A stretch of 62,889 bases of DNA. Origin: Asterionella formosa (taxonomy: Eukaryota). The first letter of the stretch is position 1, and each line of letters opens with the position of its first letter. Location of the stretch: positions 1 to 62,889 of the forward strand of contig NKIB01013186.1 in NCBI GenBank assembly GCA_002256025.1, given 5' to 3'. Shown here piece after piece: positions 43,663-60,359 of the stretch. Position numbers and translations under genes: made by a program. Below the pieces are notes generated by a model, which saw only the letters and a program-made list of their open reading frames with translations, did not search any database and had not been told where the DNA came from.

Positions 43663-46600
43663 ATGAAAAATTATATGTATCAAAATACCTTAGTTGGTAA
43701 AAAACAATTACGACAAATATTAGGCTGGACTTTTACCAATTATGACTCTATGCAAGCCTGTTTATTAGCAGACGAACTAAAATACATTGGTTTTAAATAT
43801 GCCAGTCAAGCTGGTATTTCAATTAGTATTGAAGATTTAAGAGTTCCATTTATTAAAACTTTAATGTTAGAAAAGGCTAATCAAGAAATTATAAACTCTG
43901 AAAAAATTTTTTTAAAAGGGAAATTAACAGATGTTGAAAGATTTCAAAAAATTATTGATACTTGGAGTCTAACTAGTGAATCTTTAAAAAATCAAGTGAT
44001 TTATTATTTTAAAAATTATGACCCTTTAAATTCTGTTTATATTATGGCTTTTTCTGGGGCGCGGGGAAATTTATCACAGGTGCGTCAATTAGTTGGTATG
44101 AGAGGACTAATGTCTGATCCAAGTGGTGAGATTATGAATTTACCAATTAAAAAAAATTTTCGAGAAGGCTTAACTATAACAGATTATTTAATGTCTGGTT
44201 ATGGGGCTCGAAAAGGAATTGTTGATACTGCATTAAAAACTGCTAACTCTGGTTATTTAACTCGACGTTTAATTGATGTTGCACAAGATATATTAATTAG
44301 AGAAAAAGATTGTTTAACAACTCATTCATTTTTATTGTTAATTGATAAAAAACAATCAATTAATAACGATCAACTTTACAATAAGATGATAGGTTTAATT
44401 CTTAGTAAACCTATTATTGATCCAAGAACAAATGTAATACTTGCAAAATTTAACACTCAAATTACTCCTACTTTAATCAAAACATTTAAACAAAAAAATA
44501 TTACTCACTTTTATATACGATCTCCATTAACCTGTAATTTATATAGAGCAATTTGTCAAAAATGTTATGGTTGGGATTTAGCTAATGAGAATTTAGTTGA
44601 TATAGGAGAAGCTGTTGGGATTTTAGCAGGTCAATCAATTGGTGAACCTGGAACGCAATTAACAATGCGTACTTTCCATACAGGAGGGATTTTTACTTCT
44701 GAAGCTCGTGAACAAATTATAAGCCCAATAAATTCTATTGTTCAATTCTCTAAATTTTTAAAAACCGTTATTCTAAGAACAAATCGTGGTGAAAATGTAT
44801 TAGTTACTAAGAATTCAGGTTCTTTAATTTTAATACCCGATTCTAAAGATCAAAAAATAATTCAAATTGACGTCTTACGAAATACTATTTTATTTCCAAA
44901 AAATAATCAATATATCCAAAAAGATACAGTTATTGCCGAATTAATTAATAGTAATAAACAAATTAAACGAGAAATTAAAACTATTGTAAGCTATAGTTCA
45001 GGAGAAATATTTGTCCCAAAATTAAAAAATGAAACTAATTCCTTAACTAATAATAAATTATTATGGCTTTTATCAGGAGAATTATATAACGCACCTATTA
45101 ATTCTTTTATTAATTTTTATTCAGATTATAAGCTCAATAAATCAAGTTTTATTTTTAGAACAAAAATCTTGAATCATTATTCCGGATTTGTTGAATTTTT
45201 AAATTATAAACCTAAATTATATGAACGAAAACTTACAATCACTAATAATAAATATTTATTATTAAATTCAACATTAAAAAGATTGCCCATTGAAACTAAT
45301 ATTTTTAAAGATGTTTTATTCTATCATAATACAAAATATTTCATTAAAACTGAAAGAAAAAATTCAAAAACTTACTTGCAAACAAATCGTAAAGACGAAT
45401 TTGCTAGTCTCTTAACTAATTCTTATAATTTTTTAACAGGTGGTAAGGTTTTCTATGATCATTTCAGTACTAAATATTTACTTATTTTAAGGAATAAAAT
45501 TCCTTACTATAGACATTATTGGAAAAGGTCGAAAAAAAATGTTAAGGTACTTTATCAAACATTAATTTGGATTGGTGAAGAGACTTATAAAGTAAACTGT
45601 GAACAAAATGTTTTATTAGTTAAACAGGGTGACTTTATTTCAAAAGGTTTTGAGATTAGTCCTGATTGTTTTTCAAAAACTTCGGGTTTAGTATTTATGA
45701 CTCAAAAGAATAATCTTGTTCAAACAATAAAAATTAAATCTGGTTTAGTATATCAGGGTAAACAATTTAGTGATGAGTCGAAAAAACTTTATTATCCCGG
45801 TGAACAAATATTTAAAAATATTACTATCACAAGCCCCTCAATTTGTGAAAGAATTCTAGTAAAAACTACAGATCAGTTATTAATTCGTCCTATTCATATT
45901 TATGAATTTCCGAAAACAAAAAGTGCCCAACAAACTTTTCAAAACGATACCCAATTTCAAAAACTGTTAAAATTAAAAATAAAATCAAAGTATATTTATA
46001 AATCTAATCAACAAATTAATACAGCAAATCAAGTAAAATTAGTTTCCCAGGTTTTAGTTTCAAAAATAGACAAATCAATATTAAACGATATTAATATTGA
46101 ATTGAAATTAAGTAGAAAATTTAATTCTATCAATATTCAAGTCATTGAAAAAGTCCGTTTAAATAATCATATAGAACCTAAATTAAAATATCGAAATCTT
46201 GACTCTTGCTTATTAGTTCAGAAAAGACAGTTTATCGATTCTTATACAATATTAGCTTATTTAGAATCAATAACTTTAAAATCATTAGAAATTGTAAAAT
46301 TTAAAATTAATCAGGATTTAATAAAACAAATTCTTTTAATTTCAAATGATAATTGTATAACAGTTAATAAAAAAGAAATTAAAGATAAAAAATTAAATGA
46401 TTTTATTATAGATACTAAAAATATTAATGCGATTGGAAAAATTATTATTGAAAATAATAATTTAATTACGATTCAAAAGGGTCGTCCCTACTTTTTTCCA
46501 AATTGTAAAACAGATGTTTTAGTTAATCAGGGAAATTTGCAATATAAATTAATAAATGAAAATCGAAAATATAATCAAATTAAAACAGATCGAGCAATTT

Positions 46601-47856
46601 TTTTAAACTCTTATGATATGTTAAAAATTTCAATTCATGAAAAGCTTAGTTTAACTGAAAAAAAAGAAAATTTAAAAGTTGAGTTTTCAAAATTTTTTTT
46701 AAAAAAGAATGGTAAATTATATAGTTGTTTAGTACCCAGATTTTTTAAAAAGTTTACAGTTAAAAGTAAAAATTTTAGCAAGAAACTCCCAAAAGTATTT
46801 CAATTTAAAGAGAAACTAATTCAAGACTTAAAATACGAACCAAAAATATCTAAAACTTTATTACTTCAAAGTTCAGAAGTTTTGTCAAATGATTTAAAAT
46901 CAATAAATCAGGTTCAATTAACTTTAGTTAAATTTTTACAATACCCATTTTCAAAATCAACAAAGTCAGTAGGTCTTTATTCGATAACCGAAGACTTTTT
47001 TGAGCAAGATGTAAATAGTGTATTCTGTAAAAATAATCAATTTATTGATGATGGGTCTACTATAGGACTTTTGAATTTAGAAAAAGAGATTACTGGAGAT
47101 ATTGTTCAAGGCTTACCACGTATTGAAGAAATTTTAGAAGCAAGAAAAAAGAATTTACTTACAAAAAGAGTTCCTACAAATCAAAAAAAGGGTTTATTAA
47201 TTCAAAAAACAAGTTTAGATCCAAATTTTGAATTTAGAAAAATTGGTACTACTGTTAAAGAGAATGAAAAAATTAATCCTCATAAATTATTAAAAGTTTA
47301 TTTTAATTATTATGGTTTATTAAAATCATTTTCTTGTGATTTGACTAAATCAATCAAATGTACCCGTTTAATAAATAATTCAGAAGGTAGCTATAAAAGT
47401 TTTAAAAAAGTACAAACGTTTATTTTAAATTCTGTTCAATCAGTTTATAAATCTCAAGGTGTTACAATTAACGATAAACATTTAGAAGTTATCATAAAAC
47501 AAATGACAACAAAAGTTTTGATTACTTATGAAGGTGATAGTCCTTTATTAAAAAGAGAAATAATTGATTTGTACCATATTCAATATATTAATGAAGTGCT
47601 TGAAAAACAAAAAAAAGAAACTGCTTATTATGTACCTTTATTGTTAGGGATCACAAAAGGAGCTCTAAATAATCCTAGTTTTATTTCAGCCGCTAGTTTT
47701 CAGGAAACTACAAAAGTTTTAACAAAGGCAGCTATTGAAGGTCGCATTGATTGGCTTAGAGGTTTAAAAGAGAATATAATTATTGGTCATTTAATACCAG
47801 CTGGAACAGGTTCCCCAAATTATAGAACAACTTTTAAAAAACCTATTTTTCAGTAG
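43663..47856 (+). CDS. rpoC2: RNA polymerase beta''
   Basis: TANSGYLTRRL, GEPGTQLTMRTFH, SAASFQET. Confidence 0.98.
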   Translation: MKNYMYQNTLVGKKQLRQILGWTFTNYDSMQACLLADELKYIGFKYASQAGISISIEDLRVPFIKTLMLEKANQEIINSEKIFLKGKLTDVERFQKIIDTWSLTSESLKNQVIYYFKNYDPLNSVYIMAFSGARGNLSQVRQLVGMRGLMSDPSGEIMNLPIKKNFREGLTITDYLMSGYGARKGIVDTALKTANSGYLTRRLIDVAQDILIREKDCLTTHSFLLLIDKKQSINNDQLYNKMIGLILSKPIIDPRTNVILAKFNTQITPTLIKTFKQKNITHFYIRSPLTCNLYRAICQKCYGWDLANENLVDIGEAVGILAGQSIGEPGTQLTMRTFHTGGIFTSEAREQIISPINSIVQFSKFLKTVILRTNRGENVLVTKNSGSLILIPDSKDQKIIQIDVLRNTILFPKNNQYIQKDTVIAELINSNKQIKREIKTIVSYSSGEIFVPKLKNETNSLTNNKLLWLLSGELYNAPINSFINFYSDYKLNKSSFIFRTKILNHYSGFVEFLNYKPKLYERKLTITNNKYLLLNSTLKRLPIETNIFKDVLFYHNTKYFIKTERKNSKTYLQTNRKDEFASLLTNSYNFLTGGKVFYDHFSTKYLLILRNKIPYYRHYWKRSKKNVKVLYQTLIWIGEETYKVNCEQNVLLVKQGDFISKGFEISPDCFSKTSGLVFMTQKNNLVQTIKIKSGLVYQGKQFSDESKKLYYPGEQIFKNITITSPSICERILVKTTDQLLIRPIHIYEFPKTKSAQQTFQNDTQFQKLLKLKIKSKYIYKSNQQINTANQVKLVSQVLVSKIDKSILNDINIELKLSRKFNSINIQVIEKVRLNNHIEPKLKYRNLDSCLLVQKRQFIDSYTILAYLESITLKSLEIVKFKINQDLIKQILLISNDNCITVNKKEIKDKKLNDFIIDTKNINAIGKIIIENNNLITIQKGRPYFFPNCKTDVLVNQGNLQYKLINENRKYNQIKTDRAIFLNSYDMLKISIHEKLSLTEKKENLKVEFSKFFLKKNGKLYSCLVPRFFKKFTVKSKNFSKKLPKVFQFKEKLIQDLKYEPKISKTLLLQSSEVLSNDLKSINQVQLTLVKFLQYPFSKSTKSVGLYSITEDFFEQDVNSVFCKNNQFIDDGSTIGLLNLEKEITGDIVQGLPRIEEILEARKKNLLTKRVPTNQKKGLLIQKTSLDPNFEFRKIGTTVKENEKINPHKLLKVYFNYYGLLKSFSCDLTKSIKCTRLINNSEGSYKSFKKVQTFILNSVQSVYKSQGVTINDKHLEVIIKQMTTKVLITYEGDSPLLKREIIDLYHIQYINEVLEKQKKETAYYVPLLLGITKGALNNPSFISAASFQETTKVLTKAAIEGRIDWLRGLKENIIIGHLIPAGTGSPNYRTTFKKPIFQ

Positions 47857-48109
47857 TTTAAAATAGATTTTAATTTATGAATCTAAAAATAAAAAATTTA
47901 TGTAATAAAAATAACTTCTAAAAACTCTGAGTTTTAAAAATTAGTTAACATTATTACAAATAATAAACTATCGTTTTTTCAAGAAATTACGAAAAGACTT
48001 ATAAATATCTAATCTTATATTATCTAAAAAAGAAGAACTAGACAATTTTTTTAATTTTTGTTAAAGTTTTTCAGTATCTAAAAAATTATTTAAGTTAGTT
48101 AAAATTTTT

Positions 48110-48793
48110 ATGTCTAATATAAGTTTATCTCAACTATTAGAAGCTGGTGTTCATTTTGGACATAAAGCATATCGTTGGAATCCAAAAATGTTTCCATATA
48201 TTTACAGTGAAGTAAATAATATTCATATTCTAGACTTAGTTCAATCAGCAACATTATTGAATGAAGCTAATTCTTATGTAACTTCAGCAGCAAATCAAGG
48301 GAAGATATTTTTGTTTATTGGAACTAAGCGACAAGCTAGTACTTTAATTGCTCAAGAGGCTAAACGCTGTGACTCGTATTATGTAAATCATCGTTGGTTA
48401 GGTGGTATGTTAACAAACTGGACAACTTTAAGTGATCGAATAATACGTTTAAAAAATCTTGAACAGCAAGAAGCTGATAACAATTTTGCTTTTTTACCAA
48501 AAAAAGAGGCATCATTATCTCGAAAAGAATTAGAAAAATTACGTAAACATTTAGATGGTATTAAAGATATGCCAAGAATACCTGATATTGCAATTATAGT
48601 AGATCAAAAGCGAGAAATTACTGCAATCCGTGAATGTCGTAAACTTGGAATTCCTATTGTTTCAATTTTAGATACAAACTGTGATCCTGATTTAATTGAT
48701 ATTCCAATTCCAGGTAATGACGATGCTGTAAGATCAATTAAACTAATCTTGAAATCGTTAACTGATAGTATTGTGGAAGGTCAAAGTAAATAA
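48110..48793 (+). CDS. rps2: 30S ribosomal protein S2
   Basis: [30 protein letters not shown]. Confidence 0.98.
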   Translation: MSNISLSQLLEAGVHFGHKAYRWNPKMFPYIYSEVNNIHILDLVQSATLLNEANSYVTSAANQGKIFLFIGTKRQASTLIAQEAKRCDSYYVNHRWLGGMLTNWTTLSDRIIRLKNLEQQEADNNFAFLPKKEASLSRKELEKLRKHLDGIKDMPRIPDIAIIVDQKREITAIRECRKLGIPIVSILDTNCDPDLIDIPIPGNDDAVRSIKLILKSLTDSIVEGQSK

Positions 48794-48844
48794 AGAAATA
48801 CGTTCTATTAAATAAATTTTTAATAGAACGTATTTCTTTATTTA
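48787..48844. terminator. Hairpin between convergent rps2 and atpA, overlapping the rps2 stop
   Basis: 26-bp perfect arms 48787-48812 / 48819-48844. Confidence 0.75.
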
Positions 48845-48876
48845 TTAAAAAATCTAATGACTAAAAGAAAATTTAT

Positions 48877-50406
<1,530 letters not shown>

Positions 50407-50436
50407 CTAAAAAGTTAATAAAAGATTTATTTATAA

Positions 50437-51000
50437 TTAAATGTCTAAGACGTTATCTAAGTGTTTTGCTAAATTTTGTAATTTACTTTTAATAGTAAAA
50501 TCAACAATTTTTGATTTAGTCTTAATTAAAAAACCTGCAATTAAATTTGGATCGACATTAATAACTAAACGAATTTCACGAGCATTTGTTATTTGTTTTA
50601 GTTTTTTAACTAACGTATTTTTTTGTGATCTATTAAACGGAAAAGCAGTAGTAACTTCAATCATTTTAATTGAAGCTGTTTCATATACTAAATCTAAATA
50701 ACTACTGATAACAGACACTATTAAATTAATTCTATCTCGGTTTACTAAAACCATTAAAAAATTAAATGTATCAATATTTACTTTTAATTTAATAGTTTTT
50801 GATAAAATTTCTGCTTTTTCTTTTTTGCTAACGATTGGGTTAGTTAGGTATTTAACTAATTCAGGCGTATTATTGAAAAAAATCTCTAGATTTTGAAAAT
50901 CTGCCGTTACTTGATGTAATAAATTTTTTTCAACTGAATAAGAAAATAGTGCACGTGCATAAGGAGAAGCAATTTTTAATGATAATGGATTTTTACTCAT
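50437..51000 (-). CDS. atpD: ATP synthase CF1 delta
   Basis: [23 protein letters not shown] overlap with the atpF stop. Confidence 0.96.
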   Translation of the reverse strand: MSKNPLSLKIASPYARALFSYSVEKNLLHQVTADFQNLEIFFNNTPELVKYLTNPIVSKKEKAEILSKTIKLKVNIDTFNFLMVLVNRDRINLIVSVISSYLDLVYETASIKMIEVTTAFPFNRSQKNTLVKKLKQITNAREIRLVINVDPNLIAGFLIKTKSKIVDFTIKSKLQNLAKHLDNVLDI

Positions 51001-51536
51001 AGTAAATCTCCTTTTAAGCTGTTAATAGTTGTAGTAATTAATTCGGATGATGCTTTATCACTAGCAAAAAATGCCTTTGATCTTATAACTGTTTGTTTTA
51101 ATGCAAGTACAATAATTTGCTGCTTGATTTCTAAAAAAATTTGTCGTTCCTTAGATCTGAAAGAAGCTAATGCTCTCTCAAAACGCGTTTTTAAATCTTT
51201 TTTAGCTTCAAACGCATCTGATTGTAGGAGTGCTCGCTTTGTTGCTATAGTTTCATTTTTAATTTCACTAATTACAACAGAGGCTTGATTTAACTGCTTT
51301 TTTGCTTCACTTAAACGATTTTGAGCCTCATTTAAACGGTCTTCAGCATCTTGTACACTTTTAACAATAATTGTTTTTCTTTCTTCTAATAAAGAACCTA
51401 AAAAATCTTTACCTGTGTAAACTAAAATACCTACTAAAAGAGCAATGTTAATTACTCCGGTTTCTAAAATATCGCTATTTAAACTAATGCCTTTATTTTC
51501 GGCAATTAATGTAAAAATTTGATTAAAATTTTCCAT
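50997..51536 (-). CDS. atpF: ATP synthase CF0 subunit I (b)
   Basis: [13 protein letters not shown]; operon position. Confidence 0.96.
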   Translation of the reverse strand: MENFNQIFTLIAENKGISLNSDILETGVINIALLVGILVYTGKDFLGSLLEERKTIIVKSVQDAEDRLNEAQNRLSEAKKQLNQASVVISEIKNETIATKRALLQSDAFEAKKDLKTRFERALASFRSKERQIFLEIKQQIIVLALKQTVIRSKAFFASDKASSELITTTINSLKGDLL

Positions 51537-51599
51537 GTTTTCTAGTTTTTATGTAAACTGTTCACTTATAAAAAGGAGAATTACGTTTAACAAAAAATT

Positions 51600-52070
51600 T
51601 TAAATCTTTAATGTATTTTCAATTTCATCACATAGTGATGCAACGATTCTATCTAGACTGTTAAAAGCAATAACTTTTTTATCAGTAAGATCTTTCGTAA
51701 TTGTATCTAATAAATTATCGATATATTTTTGAGAAATATTTACTTCTATTTCTAAAATTTCTTGATGAATTTTTTGCGAATTGATAATTTCTAATTGTGC
51801 TTCTTTACGAACGCTACTTAATTCTTGTTCGTATTTATTTGTCAGATTGCTTGCTTCTGCTAATAATTCTGATGCTTTAGCTAGATTTGTTAGGATATAT
51901 TCTTTTCTTTCTTCAATGACTGTTAATAATGGACTATATAGAATCACATTTAAAACAACCATTAATAACAGAAACTGGATACCAACTAATGGTAACGTTG
52001 CACCTATATCAAATAATCCACCAGGACCACTCTCTTCTGAACTTAAAATTAATGTTGAAAAATTAACCAT
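51600..52070 (-). CDS. atpG: ATP synthase CF0 subunit II (b')
   Basis: [12 protein letters not shown]; operon position. Confidence 0.96.
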   Translation of the reverse strand: MVNFSTLILSSEESGPGGLFDIGATLPLVGIQFLLLMVVLNVILYSPLLTVIEERKEYILTNLAKASELLAEASNLTNKYEQELSSVRKEAQLEIINSQKIHQEILEIEVNISQKYIDNLLDTITKDLTDKKVIAFNSLDRIVASLCDEIENTLKI

Positions 52071-52164
52071 ATAAAATCTATATGCTATACTATAGAATTA
52101 AAAATTTTGATAGATAGATACTAAAAATACCTATCTATATTGATTTTTTAAATTTAATTTTGGA

Positions 52165-52428
<264 letters not shown>

Positions 52429-52478
52429 TTAAATGTGTATAATTATAAATTTTAAAAAATCTAAACTTAACTTACAAT

Positions 52479-53207
52479 TTATTCAAGTGCTTCAGCAATA
52501 TAAGCTGCAGCTAGAGTTGAAAAAATTAAAGCCTGTACTGACCCAGCAAAAATCCCTAATAACATAATTGGTAATGGAATTATTAATGGAACTAATGAAG
52601 TTAATACAGAAACAGTTAATTCATCAGCTAAAACATTTCCAAATAAACGGAAACTTAGTGATAAAGGTTTCGTAAAATCTTCTAAAATCTTAATTGGTAA
52701 AAGAAGTGGAAGTGGTTCGATATAATGTTTGAAATATCCTAAACCTTTTTTACTTAAACCAGCATAAAAATACGAAAATGATGTTAATAAAGCCAATGCA
52801 ACAGTTGTATTAATATCATTTGTAGGAGCAGCAAATTCTCCTTCTGGTAATACAATTAGTTTCCAAGGAATAACTGCACCTGCCCAATTACAACCAAAAA
52901 TAAAGAAAAATAACGTTGCAATATAAGGTGTCCATTCTTTATAAAAACTTTCACCTAATTGATTTCGAGCAATATCAACAACAAATTCTAACGCAGATTC
53001 CATAAAGTTTTGAAAACTATGTGGAATTCGTTGCGCATCTTTAGTACCTAGTAATGAAAATACTAATAATACAAGGAAGACAAACCAAAGAACGACTAAA
53101 ACTTGACCATGTACTAAAAATCCAGCAATGTTCCAGTAAAAATGTTTCCCAACTTCTACTTCCGCTAATAATGTAAATATATTTGAATTAAAAATTTCTG
53201 GGTACAT
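52479..53207 (-). CDS. atpI: ATP synthase CF0 subunit IV (a); ATG at 53207 preferred
   Basis: [26 protein letters not shown]. Confidence 0.97.
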   Translation of the reverse strand: MYPEIFNSNIFTLLAEVEVGKHFYWNIAGFLVHGQVLVVLWFVFLVLLVFSLLGTKDAQRIPHSFQNFMESALEFVVDIARNQLGESFYKEWTPYIATLFFFIFGCNWAGAVIPWKLIVLPEGEFAAPTNDINTTVALALLTSFSYFYAGLSKKGLGYFKHYIEPLPLLLPIKILEDFTKPLSLSFRLFGNVLADELTVSVLTSLVPLIIPLPIMLLGIFAGSVQALIFSTLAAAYIAEALE

Positions 53208-53333
53208 AAAATTTAATTTATTTAACAGATTACCCAATATTAAAAAATATAAAGGAACACGAAGAATTATAGAAATTAGAAGTTTAGTTTAGGTGTAATT
53301 GTACATAAAAGCTCTACTATATTTAAAAGGTCT

Positions 53334-54089
53334 TTATTTTAACCATTCATAACCTTTATCTTCTAATTCTTTGGCTAACTCAAAAGAGCCTGTTTTAATT
53401 ATTTTACCATCTTGCATAACATGAACATAAGTTGGATTTATATAATCTAATAGTCTTTGATAATGTGTAATAAGAATAATAGATTTATCTTTATTCATAA
53501 ATTTATTAATTCCATTTGAAATAATTTTTAATGCATCAATGTCTAAACCTGAGTCTGTTTCATCTAATATTGATAATTCAGAGTCTAATAAAATCATTTG
53601 TAAAATTTCATTCTTTTTCTTTTCCCCTCCTGAGAACCCTTCATTTACATTTCTATTTAAAAAGATTGGTGACATATTAACAAACTCTAATTTTTGTGAA
53701 ATAATTTCTAAAAACTCGATAGGATCAACTTCAGGTTTATTATAGAATTGTTGTTTAGAGTTATATGCTAAACGTAAAAAATCTTCATTACTTACTCCAG
53801 GTATTTCTATAGGGTATTGAAAGGCTAAAAAAATACCTAAATGTGATCTTTCTTCTGGACTTAATTCTAAAATACTTAATCCCTTAAATAAAATGTCACC
53901 TTTTAAAACTGAATAAGCTGGGTGACCTGCAACAATTTTTGAGAAAGTACTTTTTCCAGAGCCATTAGGGCCCATAATAGCATGAATTTCACCTTTATTT
54001 ACAGTTAAATTTAAATTATTTAAAATAGTATTTTCATTTATAGAGACTTTTAATTCTTTAATTTCTAAAAGACGATTATTTTTATTCAT
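53334..54089 (-). CDS. sufC: Fe-S assembly ABC ATPase SufC (Ycf16)
   Basis: [27 protein letters not shown]. Confidence 0.98.
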   Translation of the reverse strand: MNKNNRLLEIKELKVSINENTILNNLNLTVNKGEIHAIMGPNGSGKSTFSKIVAGHPAYSVLKGDILFKGLSILELSPEERSHLGIFLAFQYPIEIPGVSNEDFLRLAYNSKQQFYNKPEVDPIEFLEIISQKLEFVNMSPIFLNRNVNEGFSGGEKKKNEILQMILLDSELSILDETDSGLDIDALKIISNGINKFMNKDKSIILITHYQRLLDYINPTYVHVMQDGKIIKTGSFELAKELEDKGYEWLK

Positions 54090-55549
54090 TAACCAACACT
54101 TCCTTCTAATTTTAATGATAATAATTTATCGGCTTCAGCTGCAAATTCTAATGGTAATTTTTTAAACACTTCTCTGCAGAACCCACTAATCATAAGTTCA
54201 ACTGCTTTTTCTAAACAAATTCCACGCTGTAGAAAATAAAAAATCTGTTCTTCACCGATTTTAGACGTTGACGCTTCGTGTTCAATTCGAGTTGTTGAGT
54301 TTTGAACTGAAATAATCGGAAATGTATTCGCATTTGATAAATTTCCAATCAATAAAGAGTCACACTGTGAATAATTTCTTGAGCCAAATGCTTTATTTGT
54401 TGAACTTACTAAGCCCCGATAACTATTTTTTGATTTACCAGCTGAAATTCCTTTTGAGATTATTCGACTTCGACTAGATTTACCGATATGAATCATTTTT
54501 GTTCCAGTATCAGCTTGTTGATAATTATTTGTTAAGGCAACTGAATAGAATTCACCTTTTGTATTCTCTCCAACTAACAAACAACTTGGATATTTCCAAG
54601 TAATAGATGATCCTGTTTCGACTTGAGTCCAAGAGATCGTTGAATTTTTTCCTGCGCATAATCCACGTTTAGTTACAAAATTATAAATCCCACCAATTCC
54701 ATTACTATCTCCACCATACCAATTTTGAACAGTTGAATAATTTATTGAAGCATTCTCTAAAGCAATTAATTCTACAATTGCAGCATGAAGTTGATTTGTA
54801 TCATACTGAGGAGCTGTACATCCCTCTAAATAATTTACTTTACTATTATTGTCTGCAATAATTAAAGTTCTTTCAAACTGACCCGATTTTGGATCGTTTA
54901 TTCTAAAATAAGTGGATAAATCTAAGGGACAAACAGTATTTTTAGGAATATAACAAAATGAACCATCTGTAAAAACAGCAGAATTTAATGCTGAAAAATA
55001 GTTATCCCCAATTGGTACGACCGAGCCTAGATATTTTTCAATCATTTCTGGGTAATTACGAATTGCTTCTGATATTGATGAAAAAATAATCCCATATTCA
55101 TTTAACTCTTCTTGAAAAGTTGTTACGATAGAAACACTATCAAAAACTGCATCGATAGCTACATTTGTTAATCTTTTTTGTTCTGTTAAAGATATTCCTA
55201 ATTTTTCAAATGTTTTTAATAATTCAGGGTCAATTTCATTCAAATCTTTTATTTTTGTTTGTAATTTAGGAGCAGAATAATAAATAATGTCCTGGTAATT
55301 AATTTGTGGAAATTTTAAATTAGACCATTCTATCTCTTTCATTTCCTTCCATTTACTAAAAGCTTTCAATCGAAAATTCAATAGAAATTTTGGCTCATTC
55401 TTTTTAGTAGAGATTAATTCAACAGTTTTTTCACTCAACCCTTTTTCAATAATATCTTTTTCAATTTCTGTTGAAAATCCGTATTGATAATCTTTGTTAA
55501 CTAAATTAGTAATATTTGTGTTTAAAACTTTGTTAGATTTGTTAACCAT
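54089..55549 (-). CDS. sufB: Fe-S assembly protein SufB (Ycf24)
   Basis: [36 protein letters not shown] overlap with sufC. Confidence 0.98.
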   Translation of the reverse strand: MVNKSNKVLNTNITNLVNKDYQYGFSTEIEKDIIEKGLSEKTVELISTKKNEPKFLLNFRLKAFSKWKEMKEIEWSNLKFPQINYQDIIYYSAPKLQTKIKDLNEIDPELLKTFEKLGISLTEQKRLTNVAIDAVFDSVSIVTTFQEELNEYGIIFSSISEAIRNYPEMIEKYLGSVVPIGDNYFSALNSAVFTDGSFCYIPKNTVCPLDLSTYFRINDPKSGQFERTLIIADNNSKVNYLEGCTAPQYDTNQLHAAIVELIALENASINYSTVQNWYGGDSNGIGGIYNFVTKRGLCAGKNSTISWTQVETGSSITWKYPSCLLVGENTKGEFYSVALTNNYQQADTGTKMIHIGKSSRSRIISKGISAGKSKNSYRGLVSSTNKAFGSRNYSQCDSLLIGNLSNANTFPIISVQNSTTRIEHEASTSKIGEEQIFYFLQRGICLEKAVELMISGFCREVFKKLPLEFAAEADKLLSLKLEGSVG

Positions 55550-55800
55550 AAAACTATTATAGTACTATATTTTATAGATGAATTAAAGAATTATTTTAAT
55601 TTTTAGTCATATTAGTTTATCGGAATCATAATACAATTTTTCTAGCCTTTATAATTAATAAAAATTTAGATTTTATTCTAAAAAGTTATATTCTTATTAA
55701 TTAATATTTTTTTATTATCTAGGCTTAGCATGTTACAATATATATTAAGGTTGTTCTTTTTTATTCAGCCGATAGAACTAATTTGAAAATAATTAGTTAA

Positions 55801-57315
<1,515 letters not shown>

Positions 57316-57357
57316 TATTAAAATTACTTTTAAAAAAATTAAAGGAGTATTTGAATA

Positions 57358-57777
57358 GTGAGACTTACACAAGGTTGCTTCTCTTTCTTACCAGATTTAA
57401 CAAACGCACAAATTGAAAAACAAGTTTCTTATGCTATGGCTAAAGGCTGGGCAATGAACGTTGAATGGACAGATGATCCACATCCTCGTAATAACTACTG
57501 GGAATTATGGGGTTTACCATTATTTGACATTAAAGATCCTGCATCTGTAATGTTTGAATTAAACGAAGCTCGTAAAGCATGTGCTTCTGGTTATATTCGT
57601 ATTAATGCTTTCGACGCAAGTTATGGTACTGAAAGCTGTGTTATGTCTTTCATCGTAAATCGTCCAATTAACGAACCAGGTTTCTATTTAGAACGTCAAG
57701 AAGCTGCAGGTCGTCAAATCCGTTACACTATTAAGAGTTATAGTGTTCAAGCTAACTCTGAAGGTGGTCGTTACTAA
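57358..57777 (+). CDS. rbcS: Rubisco small subunit (GTG start)
   Basis: MRLTQGCFSFLPDL; AAGGAG Shine-Dalgarno. Confidence 0.99.
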   Translation: MRLTQGCFSFLPDLTNAQIEKQVSYAMAKGWAMNVEWTDDPHPRNNYWELWGLPLFDIKDPASVMFELNEARKACASGYIRINAFDASYGTESCVMSFIVNRPINEPGFYLERQEAAGRQIRYTIKSYSVQANSEGGRY

Positions 57778-57793
57778 TTAATTAGTACAACTA

Positions 57794-57839
57794 AAAAGAT
57801 AATTAGCCATTTGTAAATAATAATGGCTAATTATCTTTT
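57794..57839. terminator. Hairpin downstream of rbcS
   Basis: AAAAGATAATTAGCCATT...AATGGCTAATTATCTTTT. Confidence 0.7.
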
Positions 57840-58000
57840 AATTATTGATAATATTAGAAAAAATAGAAAAAAAATTAATCTTAATTATTTTGGTTTTATA
57901 CTATAAATCAATCAAGGAACTAGAAAATCTCAAGAAAACTATTTAATTTACAATAACCCGAAATTTTTTTATATATATATTAATACAGTTAAACTCTATT

Positions 58001-58077
58001 ATTTGCTTAATACCTAATTATATTCATGTTAATTAGACTATCTAATTAACATGAATATAATTAGGTATTAAGCAAAT
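58001..58077. terminator. Long hairpin overlapping the psaB 3' end
   Basis: 37-bp perfect arms 58001-58037 / 58041-58077. Confidence 0.78.
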
Positions 58078-60269
58078 TTACCTGATGTTGAAGCTATAAC
58101 AAATGCTGCATATGTTAGAATATAACCAACCGAAAAATGAACTAATCCAACTAATCGAGCTTGTACAATTGACAGAGCTACTGGTTTATCACGCCAACGA
58201 ACTAAGTTTGCAAGTGGAGTTCGTTCATGTGCCCAAACTAGTGTTTCAATTAACTCTTGCCAATAACCACGCCATGAAATTAAGAACATGAAACCTGTTG
58301 CCCAAATTAAATGACCAAATAAGAACATCCAAGCCCAAACTGATAAATTATTCATACCAAATGGATTATACCCATTAATTAATGGTGATGAATTTAACCA
58401 TAAATAATCACGTAGCCAACCCATAATGTAGTTTGATGATTCATCAAACTGTCCAGGATTACCACCCCAAATTGTCATATGTTTCCAATGCCAATAAAAT
58501 GTTACCCAACCGATTGTATTTAACATCCAGAACATAGCTAAATAGAAAGCATCCCATGCTGAAATATCACAAGTACCACCACGACCTGGGCCGTCACAAG
58601 GAAAACTGTAACCAAAGTCTTTTTTATCTGGCATTAATTTTGAACCACGGGCATCTAATGCACCTTTTACAAGAATTAATGTTGTAACATGTAAACCTAA
58701 AGCAATTGCATGATGTACTAAGAAATCACCAGGACCAATTTTTAAGAATAAGTCATTTTTACTATTATTGATAGCTTCTAACCAACCTGGTAACCAAATC
58801 TGATTTCCAGCGATTGTTGCAGGGCTATTTGATGATGATAATAAAACATTAAATTCATAAACTGCTTTACCAGAAGCCGCTTGAATATACTCAGCAAATA
58901 ATGGTTCGAATAAAATTTGTTTTTCTGGTTGTCCAAAAGCTACTACTGTATCGTTATGGATATATAATCCTAAGGTATGGAAGCCTAAGAATAATGAAGC
59001 CCAACTTAGATGTGAAATAATTGCTTCTTTATGTTCTAACATACGTGCTAAAACATTATTTTTATTTAATTCAGGATCGTAATCACGAACAAAGAAAATT
59101 GCACCGTGAGCAAAAGCACCAACCATTAAGAAACCTGCAATATATTGATGATGAGTATATAAAGCAGCTTCAGTTGTGAAGTCTTTTGATAAAAATGCAT
59201 ATGGAGTTAGTGCATACATATGTTGTGCTGTTAATGAAGTAGCAACACCTAAAGAAGCTAATGCTAATCCTAATTGCATATGTAAAGAATTAGTGATCGT
59301 TTCAAATAGACCAATATGACCTCTACCTAAACGACCTCCAGGAGGGCGATGAGCATCTAAGATTTCTTTCATATTATGACCAATACCAAAATTTGTACGA
59401 TACATATGGCCTGCAATAATAAATACAACTGCAATAGCTAATTGATGATGAGCAATATCACTTAACCATAATGATTGAGTTTGTGGGTGAAAACCACCTA
59501 AAAATGTTAAGATTGCAGTACCAGCACCTTCTGATGTACCATAAATATGCGTTGCACTATCCGGATTTTCTGCGTATGCAGTCCAATTACCTGTGAAAAA
59601 AGGTGCTAACCCAGCTGGATGCGGTGGAGTTGATAAAAAATTATCCCAACCAATATGAATACCACGTGAAGCAGGGATAGCAACATGAACAATATGACCA
59701 GTCCACGCTAATGAACTTACACCTAATAAACCTGAAAGATGATGATTTAATCTTGATTCATTATTTTTAAACCAAGATAAACTTGGACGGAATTTTGGTT
59801 GTAAATGCAACCAACCTGCAAACAATAAAGCTGATGATAATAATAATAAACCAATTGCACCTTGATATAATTCTTGATTTGTTCTGAAACCGATTGTATA
59901 CCACCATTGGTAAACTCCTGAAAAAGCAATGTTAACAGGATATGCATTACCTTTACTAAATGCCTTTAAAGCTGACTCACCAAAATGGGGATCCCAAATT
60001 GCATGAGCAATTGGTCTGATTTTTAAGGGGTTAGTAACCCATTTTTCGAAATTACCTTGCCATGCAACATGAAATAAATTTCCTGCTGTCCATAAAAAAA
60101 TTACAGCTAAATGACCGAAATGTGAAGCAAAAATCTTTTGATATAAATTTTCTTCAGTCATCCCATCGTGTGCTTCTAAATCATGTGCGGTTGCAATACC
60201 GTACCAAATTCGTCGTGTTGCAGGATCTTGTGCAAGGGCTTGGCTAAACTTTGGAAATTTAGTTGCCAT
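58068..60269 (-). CDS. psaB: Photosystem I P700 apoprotein A2
   Basis: [28 protein letters not shown]. Confidence 0.99.
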   Translation of the reverse strand: MATKFPKFSQALAQDPATRRIWYGIATAHDLEAHDGMTEENLYQKIFASHFGHLAVIFLWTAGNLFHVAWQGNFEKWVTNPLKIRPIAHAIWDPHFGESALKAFSKGNAYPVNIAFSGVYQWWYTIGFRTNQELYQGAIGLLLLSSALLFAGWLHLQPKFRPSLSWFKNNESRLNHHLSGLLGVSSLAWTGHIVHVAIPASRGIHIGWDNFLSTPPHPAGLAPFFTGNWTAYAENPDSATHIYGTSEGAGTAILTFLGGFHPQTQSLWLSDIAHHQLAIAVVFIIAGHMYRTNFGIGHNMKEILDAHRPPGGRLGRGHIGLFETITNSLHMQLGLALASLGVATSLTAQHMYALTPYAFLSKDFTTEAALYTHHQYIAGFLMVGAFAHGAIFFVRDYDPELNKNNVLARMLEHKEAIISHLSWASLFLGFHTLGLYIHNDTVVAFGQPEKQILFEPLFAEYIQAASGKAVYEFNVLLSSSNSPATIAGNQIWLPGWLEAINNSKNDLFLKIGPGDFLVHHAIALGLHVTTLILVKGALDARGSKLMPDKKDFGYSFPCDGPGRGGTCDISAWDAFYLAMFWMLNTIGWVTFYWHWKHMTIWGGNPGQFDESSNYIMGWLRDYLWLNSSPLINGYNPFGMNNLSVWAWMFLFGHLIWATGFMFLISWRGYWQELIETLVWAHERTPLANLVRWRDKPVALSIVQARLVGLVHFSVGYILTYAAFVIASTSGKFA

Positions 60270-60359
60270 AATTGTTAGATACCTTTTTATGTAAATACTA
60301 ATTTTAAATAATAGTCCTCTAAGATAGGATAAACTCGACTGTTTTAATTTTTAAAAAAT

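Noticed and set aside
57908..57925. TCAATCAAGGAA shared with the hairpin arm at 1569-1580
   Set aside because: A 12-bp match in AT-rich DNA is compatible with chance and has no flanking similarity.
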